The notes: generated from the letters alone by a model not told the origin. Positions 25,069-35,305 are shown, numbered from the stretch's first letter. The stretch is DNA of 64,000 bases from Solirubrobacterales bacterium (GCA_036377415.1 DASUYK010000039.1:119-64118); one strand, 5' to 3'. Numbers and translations are program-made.

Positions 25069-26277
25069 CTACCAGCGGCCGACGCTCTTCAGGGCACGGA
25101 GGGCCTTGGCGGCCCTCGCCTTCGGGCTGATGAAGAAGGCCCAGGTGTCGGGCAGGTCAAGGGCGTCGCGGAGCTGAGGGCCGGTGACGCTCGTCGTTCC
25201 CTTGCTCCCGATCAGGTTGGCGCGGACGATTCGCGGCGACGTCCCGCGCTGAGTGACGGCGACGTTTCGCAGCTTCCCGCGCACGAGGCCGCCAAGCGCC
25301 GCGTTCAGCCTCCGGGGGGTGAACTTCCGTCTCCAGTGCGAGTACGGCGATCCCGCCTCGGCCTCGTAGGGGTCCTCGACGCCGCGCAGGTAGGGGATCG
25401 GGGTGCCGCCGAAGCCCAACGAGGAGAGCTCGTTGTTCTCCGTGTGGCCGCCGGAGGTCGAGAAGAAGAAGGTCTGCGCGACCTTGCCGTTGTAGAGGAC
25501 GACCTGCGAGCGGGTAGCGTCCACCGCCTGGCTGGTCCTCGCGTTCTCCGCCGAGGCGCCGCCGTAGACCTGGCTGCGGGTGTCGTCGTACTGGTCGAAT
25601 CCGCTCCCCCGGACCGGGGTCGCGATCGCGTAGGAGCGCGCGGCGACCGCCTGTGCCTTGAGCGCCTCGATGTGCCACGAGGCGGGCGACTCCTTCGGCA
25701 CGACGCCCTTCAGGTAGTCCTCGATCCCAACCGCGTTGACGGCGTTCAGCTTGTCGGGAACCGACGAGGGCCTCACCTCGAGCGCGCCGCGGTAGGTGCC
25801 CTTGCCGATCAGCATCACGGTCGGGGCCCCCGCCGCGCTCAGCAGGCCGCCGCACTTCGCCACCCGGGTGCCCTTCTTGGTGTGGAGGATGACCCCGCCA
25901 CCCTTCCGCTTCGCGACGTAGGTCTTGCCCGGCTTCAGGCCGACGCCGCAGGCGGACCCCGCCCCCCGAAAGCTGACGCTCGCGACGTAGGGCCGAAGGA
26001 GGACGTGAACGATCTGTGAGGGGGCAGTTCCCAGGGTCGTGCCCGTGTAGTAGTGGGCGAGGATCGACTGGTATCCCGCCCCGCGCTTCGCGAACGCCTG
26101 GGCGCCGTACTGGCTCATCCCCGTGCCGTGACCGAACCCGGCGCCCTTCACAATCCACTTCTTGGCGCCTGTAGCCGACGGCGCCGCGACGAGCGCGGTG
26201 AGCGCCATGGCTGCGAGCAGAAGACGGCGCGCCCGCCTGATCCGCTGACGCGGCGTCCCTCTCGGCGGCTCGGGCAT
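25069..26277 (-). CDS. SpoIID/LytB domain-containing protein (secreted; peptidoglycan remodelling)
   Basis: 402 aa with a signal peptide. Motifs ALKAQAVAARSYA, YDDTRSQVYGG, FFFSTSGGHTEN. Confidence 0.88.
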   Translation of the reverse strand: MPEPPRGTPRQRIRRARRLLLAAMALTALVAAPSATGAKKWIVKGAGFGHGTGMSQYGAQAFAKRGAGYQSILAHYYTGTTLGTAPSQIVHVLLRPYVASVSFRGAGSACGVGLKPGKTYVAKRKGGGVILHTKKGTRVAKCGGLLSAAGAPTVMLIGKGTYRGALEVRPSSVPDKLNAVNAVGIEDYLKGVVPKESPASWHIEALKAQAVAARSYAIATPVRGSGFDQYDDTRSQVYGGASAENARTSQAVDATRSQVVLYNGKVAQTFFFSTSGGHTENNELSSLGFGGTPIPYLRGVEDPYEAEAGSPYSHWRRKFTPRRLNAALGGLVRGKLRNVAVTQRGTSPRIVRANLIGSKGTTSVTGPQLRDALDLPDTWAFFISPKARAAKALRALKSVGRW

Positions 26278-26422
26278 ACGTCAGGAATAACGGCCACCGC
26301 GGCGGGAAGTTGCGCCGCCACGAGATGGAGCACGCACGGGGCGGCTCTGGCCATCGCGTCCCTGGGGCGCGCGGACTGCGTGAGCTACGTTGTAGGTCGG
26401 GAAGAGAAGAAGAGGAGAGACG

Positions 26423-27868
26423 ATGGCAACCGAGACGATCCAGGCCACCGATCACAAGCTCTACGTCGCCGGCGAGTGGACGGAGACCGGCGAGTGGTCC
26501 GAGGTGAAGTCCCCATATGACGGGACGCTGATCGGCCGCGTCCCGAAGGGTGACGCTGCCCTCGTCGAGCGGGCGGTCGATGCCGCCTCCGCCGCCTTCA
26601 ACGCGGGCGGGTTTCCCCAGCACGAACGCGCCCAGGTCCTCGACCGGGCCGCTCGCCTGGCGGCCGAGCGCGAGGACGAGCTGACGATGACGATCGCCGC
26701 CGAGGCGGGAAAGCCGGTGAAGACGGCCAGGATCGAGGCGCAGCGGTGTGTCAACACACTCGAGTTCTCGGCCGCGGAGGTCCGCACCCTGACCGGCGAG
26801 ATGGTGCCGATGGAGGGTGGCGCCGCCGGCGAGGGGAAGATCGGCATCGTCCTCCTCGTCCCGTACGGCGTCGTCGGCGCGATCACCCCGTTCAACTTCC
26901 CGCTCAACCTCGTCGCGCACAAGCTCGGCCCGGCAATCGCGGCCGGCAACGCCGCGGTGCTGAAGCCCGCTGGGCAGACCCCGATCTCCGCGATCAAGCT
27001 CGCCGAGATCCTCTACGAAGCGGGATTGCCCGAGAACTGGCTGCAGGTCGTCTGTGGGCCCGGGTCAGAGCTCGGCGACGCGATCGTCGGCCACGACTTG
27101 GTCGGCGCGATCACATTCACGGGCTCGGCGCCGGTGGGCTGGGACATCCGCGCGAAAGCCGCCCGCAAGCAGGTAAGCCTGGAGCTGGGGTCAACTGCAC
27201 CGCTGATCGTGCACGAGGACGGGGACTGGGAGCAGGCGGCCGACAAGGCGAAGCTTCACGCCTACTCGCACGCCGGGCAGAGCTGCATTTCGATCCAGCG
27301 GATCCTGGTCCACGGGTCGGTCGCGGACGACTTCACGAAGCGCTTTCTCGCCAACGTCGAGTCCCTCGTCACCGGGGACCCGATGGACGAGAGCACCGAC
27401 GTCGGTCCGCTGATTTCCCAGGACGATCGCGACCGGGTCAAGGCGTGGGTCGACGAAGCCGAATCCGGGGGCGGCCAGATCCTCACCGGCGGCGAATTCG
27501 TCGACGAGGACCGCTGCCTCGCTCCGACCGTGATCAAGGAGCCGCCGCGCGAGGCGAAGGTCTGGTGCGAGGAGATCTTCGGCCCGGTGGCGACGATCCA
27601 CAGCTTCAAGACCTTCGACGAGGCGATCGCCCTCGCCAACGACGCCCGCTACGGGCTCCAGGCCGGCGTCTTCACCCGCGACCTCGGCCTCGCGATCGAG
27701 GCGGGCAGGCGGCTCGAGTTCGGCGCCGTCCTGGTCAACGAGGTGCCGACCTTCCGCACCGACCAGATGCCGTACGGCGGCGTCAAGGAGTCGGGCAATA
27801 CCCGCGAGGGCCCGCACTACGCGGTCCGCGAGCTCACCGAGGAGCGGCTGGTCACTCTGCAGGCGTAG
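26423..27868 (+). CDS. Aldehyde dehydrogenase family protein (GapN/lactaldehyde DH-like)
   Basis: 481 aa. Motifs SLELGSTAP, HAGQSCISIQR (catalytic Cys), EEIFGPV. GAGGAGAG Shine-Dalgarno sequence upstream. Confidence 0.92.
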   Translation: MATETIQATDHKLYVAGEWTETGEWSEVKSPYDGTLIGRVPKGDAALVERAVDAASAAFNAGGFPQHERAQVLDRAARLAAEREDELTMTIAAEAGKPVKTARIEAQRCVNTLEFSAAEVRTLTGEMVPMEGGAAGEGKIGIVLLVPYGVVGAITPFNFPLNLVAHKLGPAIAAGNAAVLKPAGQTPISAIKLAEILYEAGLPENWLQVVCGPGSELGDAIVGHDLVGAITFTGSAPVGWDIRAKAARKQVSLELGSTAPLIVHEDGDWEQAADKAKLHAYSHAGQSCISIQRILVHGSVADDFTKRFLANVESLVTGDPMDESTDVGPLISQDDRDRVKAWVDEAESGGGQILTGGEFVDEDRCLAPTVIKEPPREAKVWCEEIFGPVATIHSFKTFDEAIALANDARYGLQAGVFTRDLGLAIEAGRRLEFGAVLVNEVPTFRTDQMPYGGVKESGNTREGPHYAVRELTEERLVTLQA

Positions 27869-27922
27869 CCTGCCTCGAAAATCATCCGTTGGCCGGGGCA
27901 GGGACTGGTGGGGAGAGACCCG

Positions 27923-29242
27923 TCAGTCGTGCGGGCGCGCCATCTTCCGATGGTCGAGCGCCTCGTCGAGGACCGTCTCCTCGACGCCCTTCTCGCGCGC
28001 CACCTCCCGCAGCGGCCGCCCGGAGGCGTGAGCCTCCTTGACGATCTCGGCGGCGCGGTCGTAGCCGATGTGCGGGTTGAGCGCCGTCGCGGTCGCGAGC
28101 GTCGCCTCCGCGTGGCGGTTGAGCATCTCCTCGTTCGGCTCGATCCCGCTGACGCACCTCTCGTCGAGCGCCCGTGACGCCGAGGCGAGGAGCTTGATCG
28201 AGTCGAGCAGGTTGCGGGCGATCAGCGGCACCCGCACGTTGAGCTCGAACTGTCCCTGGCTCCCGGCGAGCGTGATCGCCGCATCGTTCCCGATGACCTG
28301 ATCGGCGACCTGGATGACCACCTCCGGGATCACCGGATTGACCTTCCCCGGCATGATCGACGAGCCCTTCTGCAGCTCCGGCAGGACGATCTCGGCGAGC
28401 CCCGCCCGCGGACCCGATCCCATCAGGGCGAGGTCGTTCGCGATCTTGAGCAGGGAGACGGCGACCGTCTTGAGCGCGCCGGACAGCTCCACTAGGGCAT
28501 CACGGTTGCCCTGGGCCTCGAACGGATCGGCGGGCTCGGAGATGTCTAGGCCCGTCTCGGCCGCGAGCTTCTCCCGGACCCTGGCGGCGAACTCGGGGTG
28601 GGTGTTGAGCCCGGTCCCGGTCGCGGTGCCGCCCAGCGGGATCTGGCCCACGCGGCCGAGGGTCGAGCGGACCCGCTCGGCGCCGAGGCGGATCTGCGCG
28701 GCGTATCCCGAGAACTCCTGGCCGAGCGTGACCGGGACCGCGTCCATCAGGTGGGTGCGGCCCGCCTTGACGATCTCGCTGAACTCGTCGGCCTTGCGCT
28801 CGAGCGCCGAGCCGAGCTCGTCCAGAGCCGGCAGCAGCTTGGAGTGGACCTCGCCGAGAGCGGCTAGATGGACCGCCGAGGGGAAGACGTCGTTCGAGGA
28901 CTGGCCCATGTTCACGTGGTCGTTCGGATGGGCCTCGTCGCCCGCCAGCTCGGCGATCACCTCATTCGCGTTCATGTTCGAAGAGGTCCCCGACCCCGTC
29001 TGGAAGACGTCAATGGGGAACTGATCGTCGTGCTCGCCGTTCGCCACCTCGTCGCCGGCCTTGGCGATCCGCTCGGCCAGCTCCGAGTCGAGCTTGCCCA
29101 GCTCGCCATTGGCCCGGGCGGCTGCCGCCTTCAGTCGGCCCAGCCAGTGGATCACCGGCGCCGGGATTGGTTGCCCGGAGATCTGGAAGTTCTCGACGGC
29201 CTTCGTGGTCTCGCCACCCCAGAGTTCGGTTCTCGTGGCCAT
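27923..29242 (-). CDS. fumC: Class II fumarate hydratase (N-terminally short)
   Basis: 439 aa. Motifs HDDQFPIDVFQTGSGTSSNMNANEVIA, GSSIMPGKVNPVIPE, FELNV, ALNPHIGYDRAAEI. An in-frame stop lies 4 codons upstream of the ATG. Confidence 0.85.
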   Translation of the reverse strand: MATRTELWGGETTKAVENFQISGQPIPAPVIHWLGRLKAAAARANGELGKLDSELAERIAKAGDEVANGEHDDQFPIDVFQTGSGTSSNMNANEVIAELAGDEAHPNDHVNMGQSSNDVFPSAVHLAALGEVHSKLLPALDELGSALERKADEFSEIVKAGRTHLMDAVPVTLGQEFSGYAAQIRLGAERVRSTLGRVGQIPLGGTATGTGLNTHPEFAARVREKLAAETGLDISEPADPFEAQGNRDALVELSGALKTVAVSLLKIANDLALMGSGPRAGLAEIVLPELQKGSSIMPGKVNPVIPEVVIQVADQVIGNDAAITLAGSQGQFELNVRVPLIARNLLDSIKLLASASRALDERCVSGIEPNEEMLNRHAEATLATATALNPHIGYDRAAEIVKEAHASGRPLREVAREKGVEETVLDEALDHRKMARPHD

Positions 29243-29248
29243 AAAAGC

Positions 29249-29254
29249 AGCCTA
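29249..29254 (-). promoter_or_regulatory. -10-like hexamer TAGGCT, 6 nt upstream of the fumC ATG
   Basis: Reverse strand reads TAGGCT-gctttt-ATG, immediately after the upstream lipoprotein stop codon. Confidence 0.45.
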
Positions 29255-29255
29255 A

Positions 29256-29738
29256 CTAGCCGGATTGGAGTCCGGCGGTGTACCCCAGACCGAATGACCG
29301 CTGGAACTGCGGCGGCAGTGTCTCCCCGGTCTCGCTGAATTGGGCCGAGGAGTCGAGCCGGCGGACGAGGTCGGTATGGATCGAATCGGCTCCCTTGCTC
29401 ACCGCCCCGATCAGATAACCGAGCCGCACGGCCGCGGCCCCGCCCGGGTTGGCGCGGGCCTCGGCGTTGAGCGTGCTCGCGGTGACGACCAGCTCTTCAC
29501 CCACGTTGGCGAGCTCCCCTCCATCCTGTGACGGGACCAGACAGTCCGAGATCGGCACCTCCCCATCCAGGCGCACCTGGTCCGGTGCGCTCTCGAGCGC
29601 CCGGAGATACGCATCGCTGCTCGCCACGCAGGCAGCCGGCGCCCCTTCGTTCGAGTCGGAGCCGCAGCCGATCGCGGTAGTGATCAAGGCGGCCGCGGCG
29701 AACGCGGCGACACGGTGGATCGCGGATCGGCCGGGCAT
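29256..29738 (-). CDS. Hypothetical lipoprotein
   Basis: 160 aa. Signal peptide plus lipobox (TTAIGC-G), good GC3, no family recognised. Confidence 0.65.
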   Translation of the reverse strand: MPGRSAIHRVAAFAAAALITTAIGCGSDSNEGAPAACVASSDAYLRALESAPDQVRLDGEVPISDCLVPSQDGGELANVGEELVVTASTLNAEARANPGGAAAVRLGYLIGAVSKGADSIHTDLVRRLDSSAQFSETGETLPPQFQRSFGLGYTAGLQSG

Positions 29739-29820
29739 CGACGAACGATCCTAGGGACGGCGGGGCGGAACCGGCTTCCTGCGCCGATCGCGTCCGCCGC
29801 GACCCATAACTTGATCCCTC

Positions 29821-30273
29821 GTGAGCGACGAGGCGACGCCCCTTCGCCCCATCGATCCGCTGGCGCATCGCGCCCTCGAGGCCCTTGTCCGGGCGGAGGC
29901 GAATCTCACCCGACGGCTTGCAGCGGACCTGGAGAGGATCGGAGTCTCCGCGACCGGCTTCACGATGCTCGTGTTGCTCACCAGCGCAGGCGGGAACCTG
30001 GAACTGAGGACGATGCGCCGCCGCCTCGGTGCGTCGAAGGCGACCGCGACCGAGGTGCTGGACACGCTCGAGAACCGTGGTTTCGTCAGCCGCAGCAGGC
30101 TCGAGAGCGACCGCCGCGCCGTCGCCGTCGCCCTCACCCAGGCGGGCTACAACCTCGTCACTCACACGTTTCCCGCCCACGCGGAGCGGGTCCGCGAGGC
30201 GTTCGGCGTCCTCGACGAGACCGAGAAGCGCCAGCTCGCGGATCTGTGCCGCAAGCTGGACCGCGCCGCCTAG
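29821..30273 (+). CDS. MarR family transcriptional regulator
   Basis: 150 aa with a winged-helix core (MRRRLGASKATATEVLDTLENRGFVSRSRLESDRRAVAVALT). Confidence 0.9.
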   Translation: MSDEATPLRPIDPLAHRALEALVRAEANLTRRLAADLERIGVSATGFTMLVLLTSAGGNLELRTMRRRLGASKATATEVLDTLENRGFVSRSRLESDRRAVAVALTQAGYNLVTHTFPAHAERVREAFGVLDETEKRQLADLCRKLDRAA

Positions 30274-30341
30274 GCGGCGACCTTCCCTCCGGCTAGCCCT
30301 GGCTGCTTGGTCAAGCATCGCGCGGCTGCGCGGCGCGTCAT

Positions 30342-30776
30342 ATGATCGAGGCCTTGGAGCAGCGCCTCAGCCTGATCACGCTCGGCACCTCGAACCTGAA
30401 TCGCGCTCGCCGCTTCTACGAGGCACTCGGGTGGGCGACGGGGGCCGGGGACGACGATGACGTCGTCTTCTTCCAGGCCGGTGGGATCGTCGTCGCGCTC
30501 TGGGATCGAGCGAAGCTGGCTGACGACAGCGCGGCCAGCGACGGCGGCGGATGGGGAGGCGTGACGCTCGCCTACAACAGCCGTTCGCCGGAGGAGGTCA
30601 ACTCCGTGATCGAGGAGGCTCGCGCCGCCGGCGCCGCGATCGGCAGGGAGCCCGACGAGACCTTCTGGGGCGGCTACTCGGGTGTCTTCATCGACCCCGA
30701 CGGCCATCCGTGGGAGGTCGCCCACAACCCGCGCTGGACGATCGAGGACGACGGTTCGGTGACCCTGCCGGATTAG
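30342..30776 (+). CDS. VOC family protein (glyoxalase/bleomycin-resistance fold)
   Basis: 144 aa. Motifs LSLITLGTSNLNRARRFYEALGW and DPDGHPWEVAHNP. Confidence 0.85.
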   Translation: MIEALEQRLSLITLGTSNLNRARRFYEALGWATGAGDDDDVVFFQAGGIVVALWDRAKLADDSAASDGGGWGGVTLAYNSRSPEEVNSVIEEARAAGAAIGREPDETFWGGYSGVFIDPDGHPWEVAHNPRWTIEDDGSVTLPD

Positions 30777-30828
30777 CTGTGGGCGGGCAGCGGTCGGCGG
30801 TCGGCACGGGCGGGAGCCCGGCCGACCG

Positions 30829-30834
30829 TAGAAT
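30829..30834 (+). promoter_or_regulatory. -10 hexamer TAGAAT, 9 nt upstream of the ileS ATG
   Basis: Sequence reads cgTAGAAT-cgcccgctc-ATG, preceded by an 8-bp hairpin (CGGTCGGC...GCCGACCG) that could terminate the upstream gene. Confidence 0.5.
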
Positions 30835-30843
30835 CGCCCGCTC

Positions 30844-33800
30844 ATGGCGAGATTCACGCCAGTCGACCCGAAGCAGTCGTTCCCCGAGCTCGAGCAGCGA
30901 GTGCTCGAGCGCTGGCGCGAGCGCGACGTCTTTCATCGCTCCCTGCGGAGCCGCGAGTCCGCGCCGCTCTGGGGGTTCTACGAGGGGCCTCCGACCGCGA
31001 ACGGGCGACCCGGGTCCCAGCACGTCTTCTCCCGCGCCTTCAAGGACATCTACCCCCGCTACCGGACGATGACCGGGCACTACGTGCCCCGGAAGGCGGG
31101 CTGGGACTGCCACGGCCTGCCGGTCGAGCTCGAGATCGAGCGGGAGCTCGGGATCTCCTCGAAGGAGGAGATCGAGGCCTACGGGATCGCCGAGTTCAAC
31201 CAGCGCTGCCGGGAATCCGTCTTTCGCTACGTCGAGGACTGGAACCGGCTCACCGAGCGGATCGGATTCTGGCTCGACCTCGACGACCCCTACGTCACCC
31301 TGACCAACGACTACATCGAGTCGGTCTGGTGGGCGCTTCGGAGAATGTGGGATGACGGTCGCCTCTATGAGGGTCACAAGGTCGTCCCCTACTGCCCCCG
31401 CTGCGGCACCGCGCTCTCCTCGCACGAGGTCGCCCTCGGCTACCACGACGTCGAGGATCCCTCCGTCTACGTGAAGCTCCCGATTCGCGACCCGGCCCCC
31501 AGCGACCAGATTCCCGAGTCGCCGGTGGAGCCCGGTGACAAGCTCCTGGTCTGGACGACGACCCCGTGGACCCTGATCACGAATGCGGCGGTCGCCGCCG
31601 GCTCGCAGATCGAGTACGTCCGTGCCCGGCTCGGGGACGAGGTATTCGTCCTCGCGCGCGACCGGGTCGGGCACGCGCTCGGGGAGGAGGCGGAGGTGCT
31701 CGCGCACTTTCCCGGGGAAGCGATCGCCGGCACCTCCTACGAGCCGCCGTTTGACTACATCACCGATTACGGGCCCCGCGGCCACACCGTCCTGCTCGCC
31801 GACTTCGTCACCACCGACGAGGGCACCGGTCTGGTCCACACCGCGATCGCCTTCGGCGAGGACGACTTCCGGCTCGGCGAGCAGTACGGGATCACGCTTC
31901 AGAACCCGGTGAAGCTCGACGGGCGCTTCGATGAGCGGATCACGGACTTCCAGGGGAAGCTCGTGAAGGACGCCGACCCGGAGATCGTCGAGGCGCTCGA
32001 GCAGCGCGGCAAGCTGCTTCGCGCCGAGTCGTATCTGCACGCCTATCCGCACTGCTGGCGCTGCGACACGCCGCTCCTCTATTACGCGAAGGCGAGTTGG
32101 TACGTGAAGACCACCGAGGTCCGCGAGCGGCTGCTCGCCGCGAACGAGGAGATCGGTTGGCACCCCGACCACATCAAGCACGGCCGCTTCGGCAAGTGGC
32201 TGGAGGGGAACGTCGACTGGGCGCTCTCCCGCGACCGCTACTGGGGGACGCCGCTGCCGATCTGGGAGTGCGACGCGTCCGGCTGCGAGGAGCGCCTCTG
32301 CGCCGGTTCGATCGCCGACGTCATCGAGCGTGGCGGCGAGGTCCCGGAGGACCTCCACCGGCCCTACATCGACGAGGTGACCTTCCCGTGCGAGGCCGAG
32401 GGCTGCGAGGGGACGATGCGCCGCGTCCTCTCGGTGATCGACGCCTGGTTCGACTCGGGCTCGATGCCCTGGGCGCAGTTCCACTACCCGTTCGAGAACG
32501 AGGAGCTCTTCGAGCAGCGGTTTCCCGCGGACTTCATCTGCGAGGCGATCGACCAGACCCGGGGCTGGTTCTACACGCTGCTCGCCGAGGCGGTGCTCCT
32601 TTTCGACACCTCGAGCTACCGCAACGTAGTCTGCCTCGGCCTGATCCTCGATCCCGAGGGCCAGAAGATGTCGAAGAGCCGCGGCAACGTGGTCGAGCCC
32701 TGGGACGTGATCGACCGCCACGGCGCCGATGCCTTCCGCTGGTACTACTTCGCATCGCAGCAGCCCTGGGCCGGATACCACTTCTCCGTTGACACGGTCG
32801 GCGACGCGGTCCGCCACTTCCTCCTCACGCTCTGGAACACCTACTCGTTCTGGGTCACCTACGCGAACGCCTCCGGGATCGAGCCGGGAGACCTGCCCTA
32901 CGTCCCCGAGTGGACGTCCCGATCCGGTGAGGCGAGCGAGCTCGACCGCTGGGCGGTCTCGCGGCTTCAGCACACCGTCGCCACCGTCCGCGAGCAGATG
33001 GACGGCTTCGACTGCACCGCGGCCGCACGGGCGATCTCGGACTTCACCGAGGAGCTCTCGAATTGGTACGTGCGGCTCACCCGCCGCCGCTTCTGGGAGG
33101 GAGACCGCGCGGCGATCGAGACGCTTCGCTTCTGCCTCGGCGAGACGGCGAAGATGCTGGCGCCGTTCACGCCCTTCATCGCCGACGAGATCTACGCGAA
33201 CCTGCTCTTCGGCGACGACCCGGCCCTGGAGGCGCCGGTCGCCGACTGGAGCGCCGAGCACCCCGACTCGGTCCATCTCTGCGACTTCCCCGAGGTCGAC
33301 GACGACTTGGTCGACCCCCAGCTCGAGGACGGGATGGAGGCCGTCCGGCGCACGGTCGAGCTCGGGCGCGCCGCTCGCGCCCAGGCGAAGGTGAAGCTAC
33401 GCCAGCCGCTTCGGAAGGCAGTAGTCGTCGCCTCGGACACGGAGCGGGCCGCGATCGAGCGGCTCTCGGGGGTCGTCGCCTCGGAGCTCAACGTGAAGGA
33501 GATCGACTTCGTCCACACCGAGGCGGAGCTCGTCTCCTACCGGGTGAAGCCGAACTACCGCTCGCTCGGACCGCGGTTCGGGAAGAGCATGCCCCAGGTC
33601 GCCGCCGCCGTCGAGGCGCTCGACGCGGCCGGCGTCGCCGGACGGCTCGAGGCGGGCGACGAGGTCGGGATCGCGGTGGACGGCTCCGAACACACCCTCT
33701 CCGCCGACGACATCAATCTGGTGATGGAGCCGCTCGAGGGCTACCAGGTGGAGGCGCAGGCGGGTCACGCGGTCGCCCTGGAGCTCGAGCTCGACGACGA

Positions 33801-34056
33801 CCTCCGCCGCGAGGGGCTCGCGCGCGAGGTCGTCCGTGCCGTCCAGGATGCGCGAAAGCGGGCCGGCTTCGACGTCTCCGACCGGATCTCGCTCGAGCTC
33901 CGCGGCGACGACGACCTCCTCGCCGCCGCCCGCGAGCACGAGTCCTACATCGCCGGCGAGACCCTCGCGACCTCGGTCGCCTTCGGAGGCGGCGAGGGCG
34001 GCGAACAGGCGACGATCGAGGGGCGCGAGCTGCTGATCAGCGTCACCAAGGCCTGA
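30844..34056 (+). CDS. ileS: Isoleucine--tRNA ligase (type 2)
   Basis: 1070 aa. Class I HIGH-region PTANGRPGSQHV, KMSKS (GQKMSKSRGN), CP1 editing domain (TTTPWTL). Confidence 0.96.
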   Translation: MARFTPVDPKQSFPELEQRVLERWRERDVFHRSLRSRESAPLWGFYEGPPTANGRPGSQHVFSRAFKDIYPRYRTMTGHYVPRKAGWDCHGLPVELEIERELGISSKEEIEAYGIAEFNQRCRESVFRYVEDWNRLTERIGFWLDLDDPYVTLTNDYIESVWWALRRMWDDGRLYEGHKVVPYCPRCGTALSSHEVALGYHDVEDPSVYVKLPIRDPAPSDQIPESPVEPGDKLLVWTTTPWTLITNAAVAAGSQIEYVRARLGDEVFVLARDRVGHALGEEAEVLAHFPGEAIAGTSYEPPFDYITDYGPRGHTVLLADFVTTDEGTGLVHTAIAFGEDDFRLGEQYGITLQNPVKLDGRFDERITDFQGKLVKDADPEIVEALEQRGKLLRAESYLHAYPHCWRCDTPLLYYAKASWYVKTTEVRERLLAANEEIGWHPDHIKHGRFGKWLEGNVDWALSRDRYWGTPLPIWECDASGCEERLCAGSIADVIERGGEVPEDLHRPYIDEVTFPCEAEGCEGTMRRVLSVIDAWFDSGSMPWAQFHYPFENEELFEQRFPADFICEAIDQTRGWFYTLLAEAVLLFDTSSYRNVVCLGLILDPEGQKMSKSRGNVVEPWDVIDRHGADAFRWYYFASQQPWAGYHFSVDTVGDAVRHFLLTLWNTYSFWVTYANASGIEPGDLPYVPEWTSRSGEASELDRWAVSRLQHTVATVREQMDGFDCTAAARAISDFTEELSNWYVRLTRRRFWEGDRAAIETLRFCLGETAKMLAPFTPFIADEIYANLLFGDDPALEAPVADWSAEHPDSVHLCDFPEVDDDLVDPQLEDGMEAVRRTVELGRAARAQAKVKLRQPLRKAVVVASDTERAAIERLSGVVASELNVKEIDFVHTEAELVSYRVKPNYRSLGPRFGKSMPQVAAAVEALDAAGVAGRLEAGDEVGIAVDGSEHTLSADDINLVMEPLEGYQVEAQAGHAVALELELDDDLRREGLAREVVRAVQDARKRAGFDVSDRISLELRGDDDLLAAAREHESYIAGETLATSVAFGGGEGGEQATIEGRELLISVTKA

Positions 34057-34752
34057 GTGTCGCTCCGTTCGCAGGCCGGACCGGGGATCGCCGCCGTCGT
34101 CTTCGACCTGGATGGGGTGCTGATCGACTCCGAGCTCGTCTGGGCCGAGGTCAAGAGAAGCGTCGCCGAGGAGGCAGGTGGGCACTGGCACGTGAACGCC
34201 CAGCGGGAGATGCTGGGAATGAGCTCGCTCGAGTGGTCGAGCTACATGCGCGATCGGCTCGGGGTATCGATGGATCCCGACCGGATCTCGTCGGCGGTCG
34301 CTGAGCGGGTCGCGACCCGGTACCGCAGGGAGCTCCCCTTGCTTCCCGGCGCCGTCGAGGCCGTTCGTTCCCTCGCGCCGTCCTGGCCGCTGGCGGTCGC
34401 ATCCTCGGCGAACCGCTCGCTGATCGACCTGGTGGTGGAGCTCGCCGGCCTCGCCGACGCCTTCCAGGCGACCGTCTCCTCCGAGGAGGTAGGGCGCGGG
34501 AAGCCCGCGCCCGACGTCTACCTCGAAGCGGCCAGGTTGCTGGCCGTGGACCCCGTCGCCTGCGCCGCGGTTGAGGACACCGCCAACGGGATCCGCTCGG
34601 CGCATGCGGCCGGGATGGCGGTGATCGCGATCCCCAACCGCGACTTCCCGCCAGAACCCGAGGCGCTTCGCCTTGCCTCGCGGGTGCTCGACTCGCTCAC
34701 CGAGCTGACACCCGGCCTGCTCGCCAGGTTCGTCAGCGAGCAGACCCTCTGA
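34057..34752 (+). CDS. HAD-IA family hydrolase (phosphatase / beta-phosphoglucomutase-like)
   Basis: 231 aa. Motif I VVFDLDGVLIDSE, motif III GRGKPAPD, motif IV VEDTANG. GTG follows directly after the ileS TGA. Confidence 0.85.
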   Translation: MSLRSQAGPGIAAVVFDLDGVLIDSELVWAEVKRSVAEEAGGHWHVNAQREMLGMSSLEWSSYMRDRLGVSMDPDRISSAVAERVATRYRRELPLLPGAVEAVRSLAPSWPLAVASSANRSLIDLVVELAGLADAFQATVSSEEVGRGKPAPDVYLEAARLLAVDPVACAAVEDTANGIRSAHAAGMAVIAIPNRDFPPEPEALRLASRVLDSLTELTPGLLARFVSEQTL

Positions 34753-35305
34753 CGTCATAGCTCAGCCCGACCATCCCGCTCGAGAACGTACGGGCTCCGG
34801 TGAGCTGCATCGGCCCGCCCGGCAGCCGGGTGTTGAAGAGCGGCTTCCCGGAGCCGAGCACGACGGGGACGAGCGTCACCTCCACGCGGTCGAGCAGGCC
34901 GTGGTCGGCGAATTGGGAGGCGACGTTGCCGCCGCCGACGATCCACAGGTCCCATTCGCCTGCGGCATCGAGCATCTCGTCGATCAGCTCAGGCACCTCG
35001 GCCTCGACGACACGGACATCGACCTCCTCGTCCTCGGGCTGAGAAAGCTGGCGCGAGCTGAGCACCCATGTCGGCTTGCCCCGATAGGGCCACCCGCGGC
35101 CATGCGCGAGGATCCACTCGTAGGTGACCGACCCCATCACAAGGGCTCCGATCCCCTCGTAGAAACTCTGGTACCCGCCCATGTCCTCGGCGGAGTCCGC
35201 TCCCTCGAACGTGCCCTCGTACTGGAGCAGCCAGTCCAGGGAGTCGTCGGACTCGGCGATGTAGCCGTCGAGGCTGGCGGCGCAGTAGTAGCGGACGAGG
35301 CTCAT
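34733..35305 (-). CDS. Dihydrofolate reductase family protein (RibD C-terminal domain)
   Basis: 190 aa. Motifs AASLDGYIA and WIVGGGNVASQF. 20-nt convergent overlap with the HAD gene. Confidence 0.85.
   Translation of the reverse strand: MSLVRYYCAASLDGYIAESDDSLDWLLQYEGTFEGADSAEDMGGYQSFYEGIGALVMGSVTYEWILAHGRGWPYRGKPTWVLSSRQLSQPEDEEVDVRVVEAEVPELIDEMLDAAGEWDLWIVGGGNVASQFADHGLLDRVEVTLVPVVLGSGKPLFNTRLPGGPMQLTGARTFSSGMVGLSYDVRGSAR

Noticed and set aside
30777-30843. Possible T-box or other leader upstream of ileS
   Set aside because: Only 67 nt separate ileS from the upstream stop. I see no specifier loop or T-box sequence, and a TAGAAT -10 box lies 9 nt from the ATG, so the mRNA is essentially leaderless.
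30688-33276. 862-aa ORF on the minus strand, antisense to ileS
   Set aside because: It lies entirely inside a confidently identified ileS. The translation is Arg/Gly/Pro/Asp-rich low complexity with no motif. Long stop-free antisense frames are expected from GC3 bias in very GC-rich genes.
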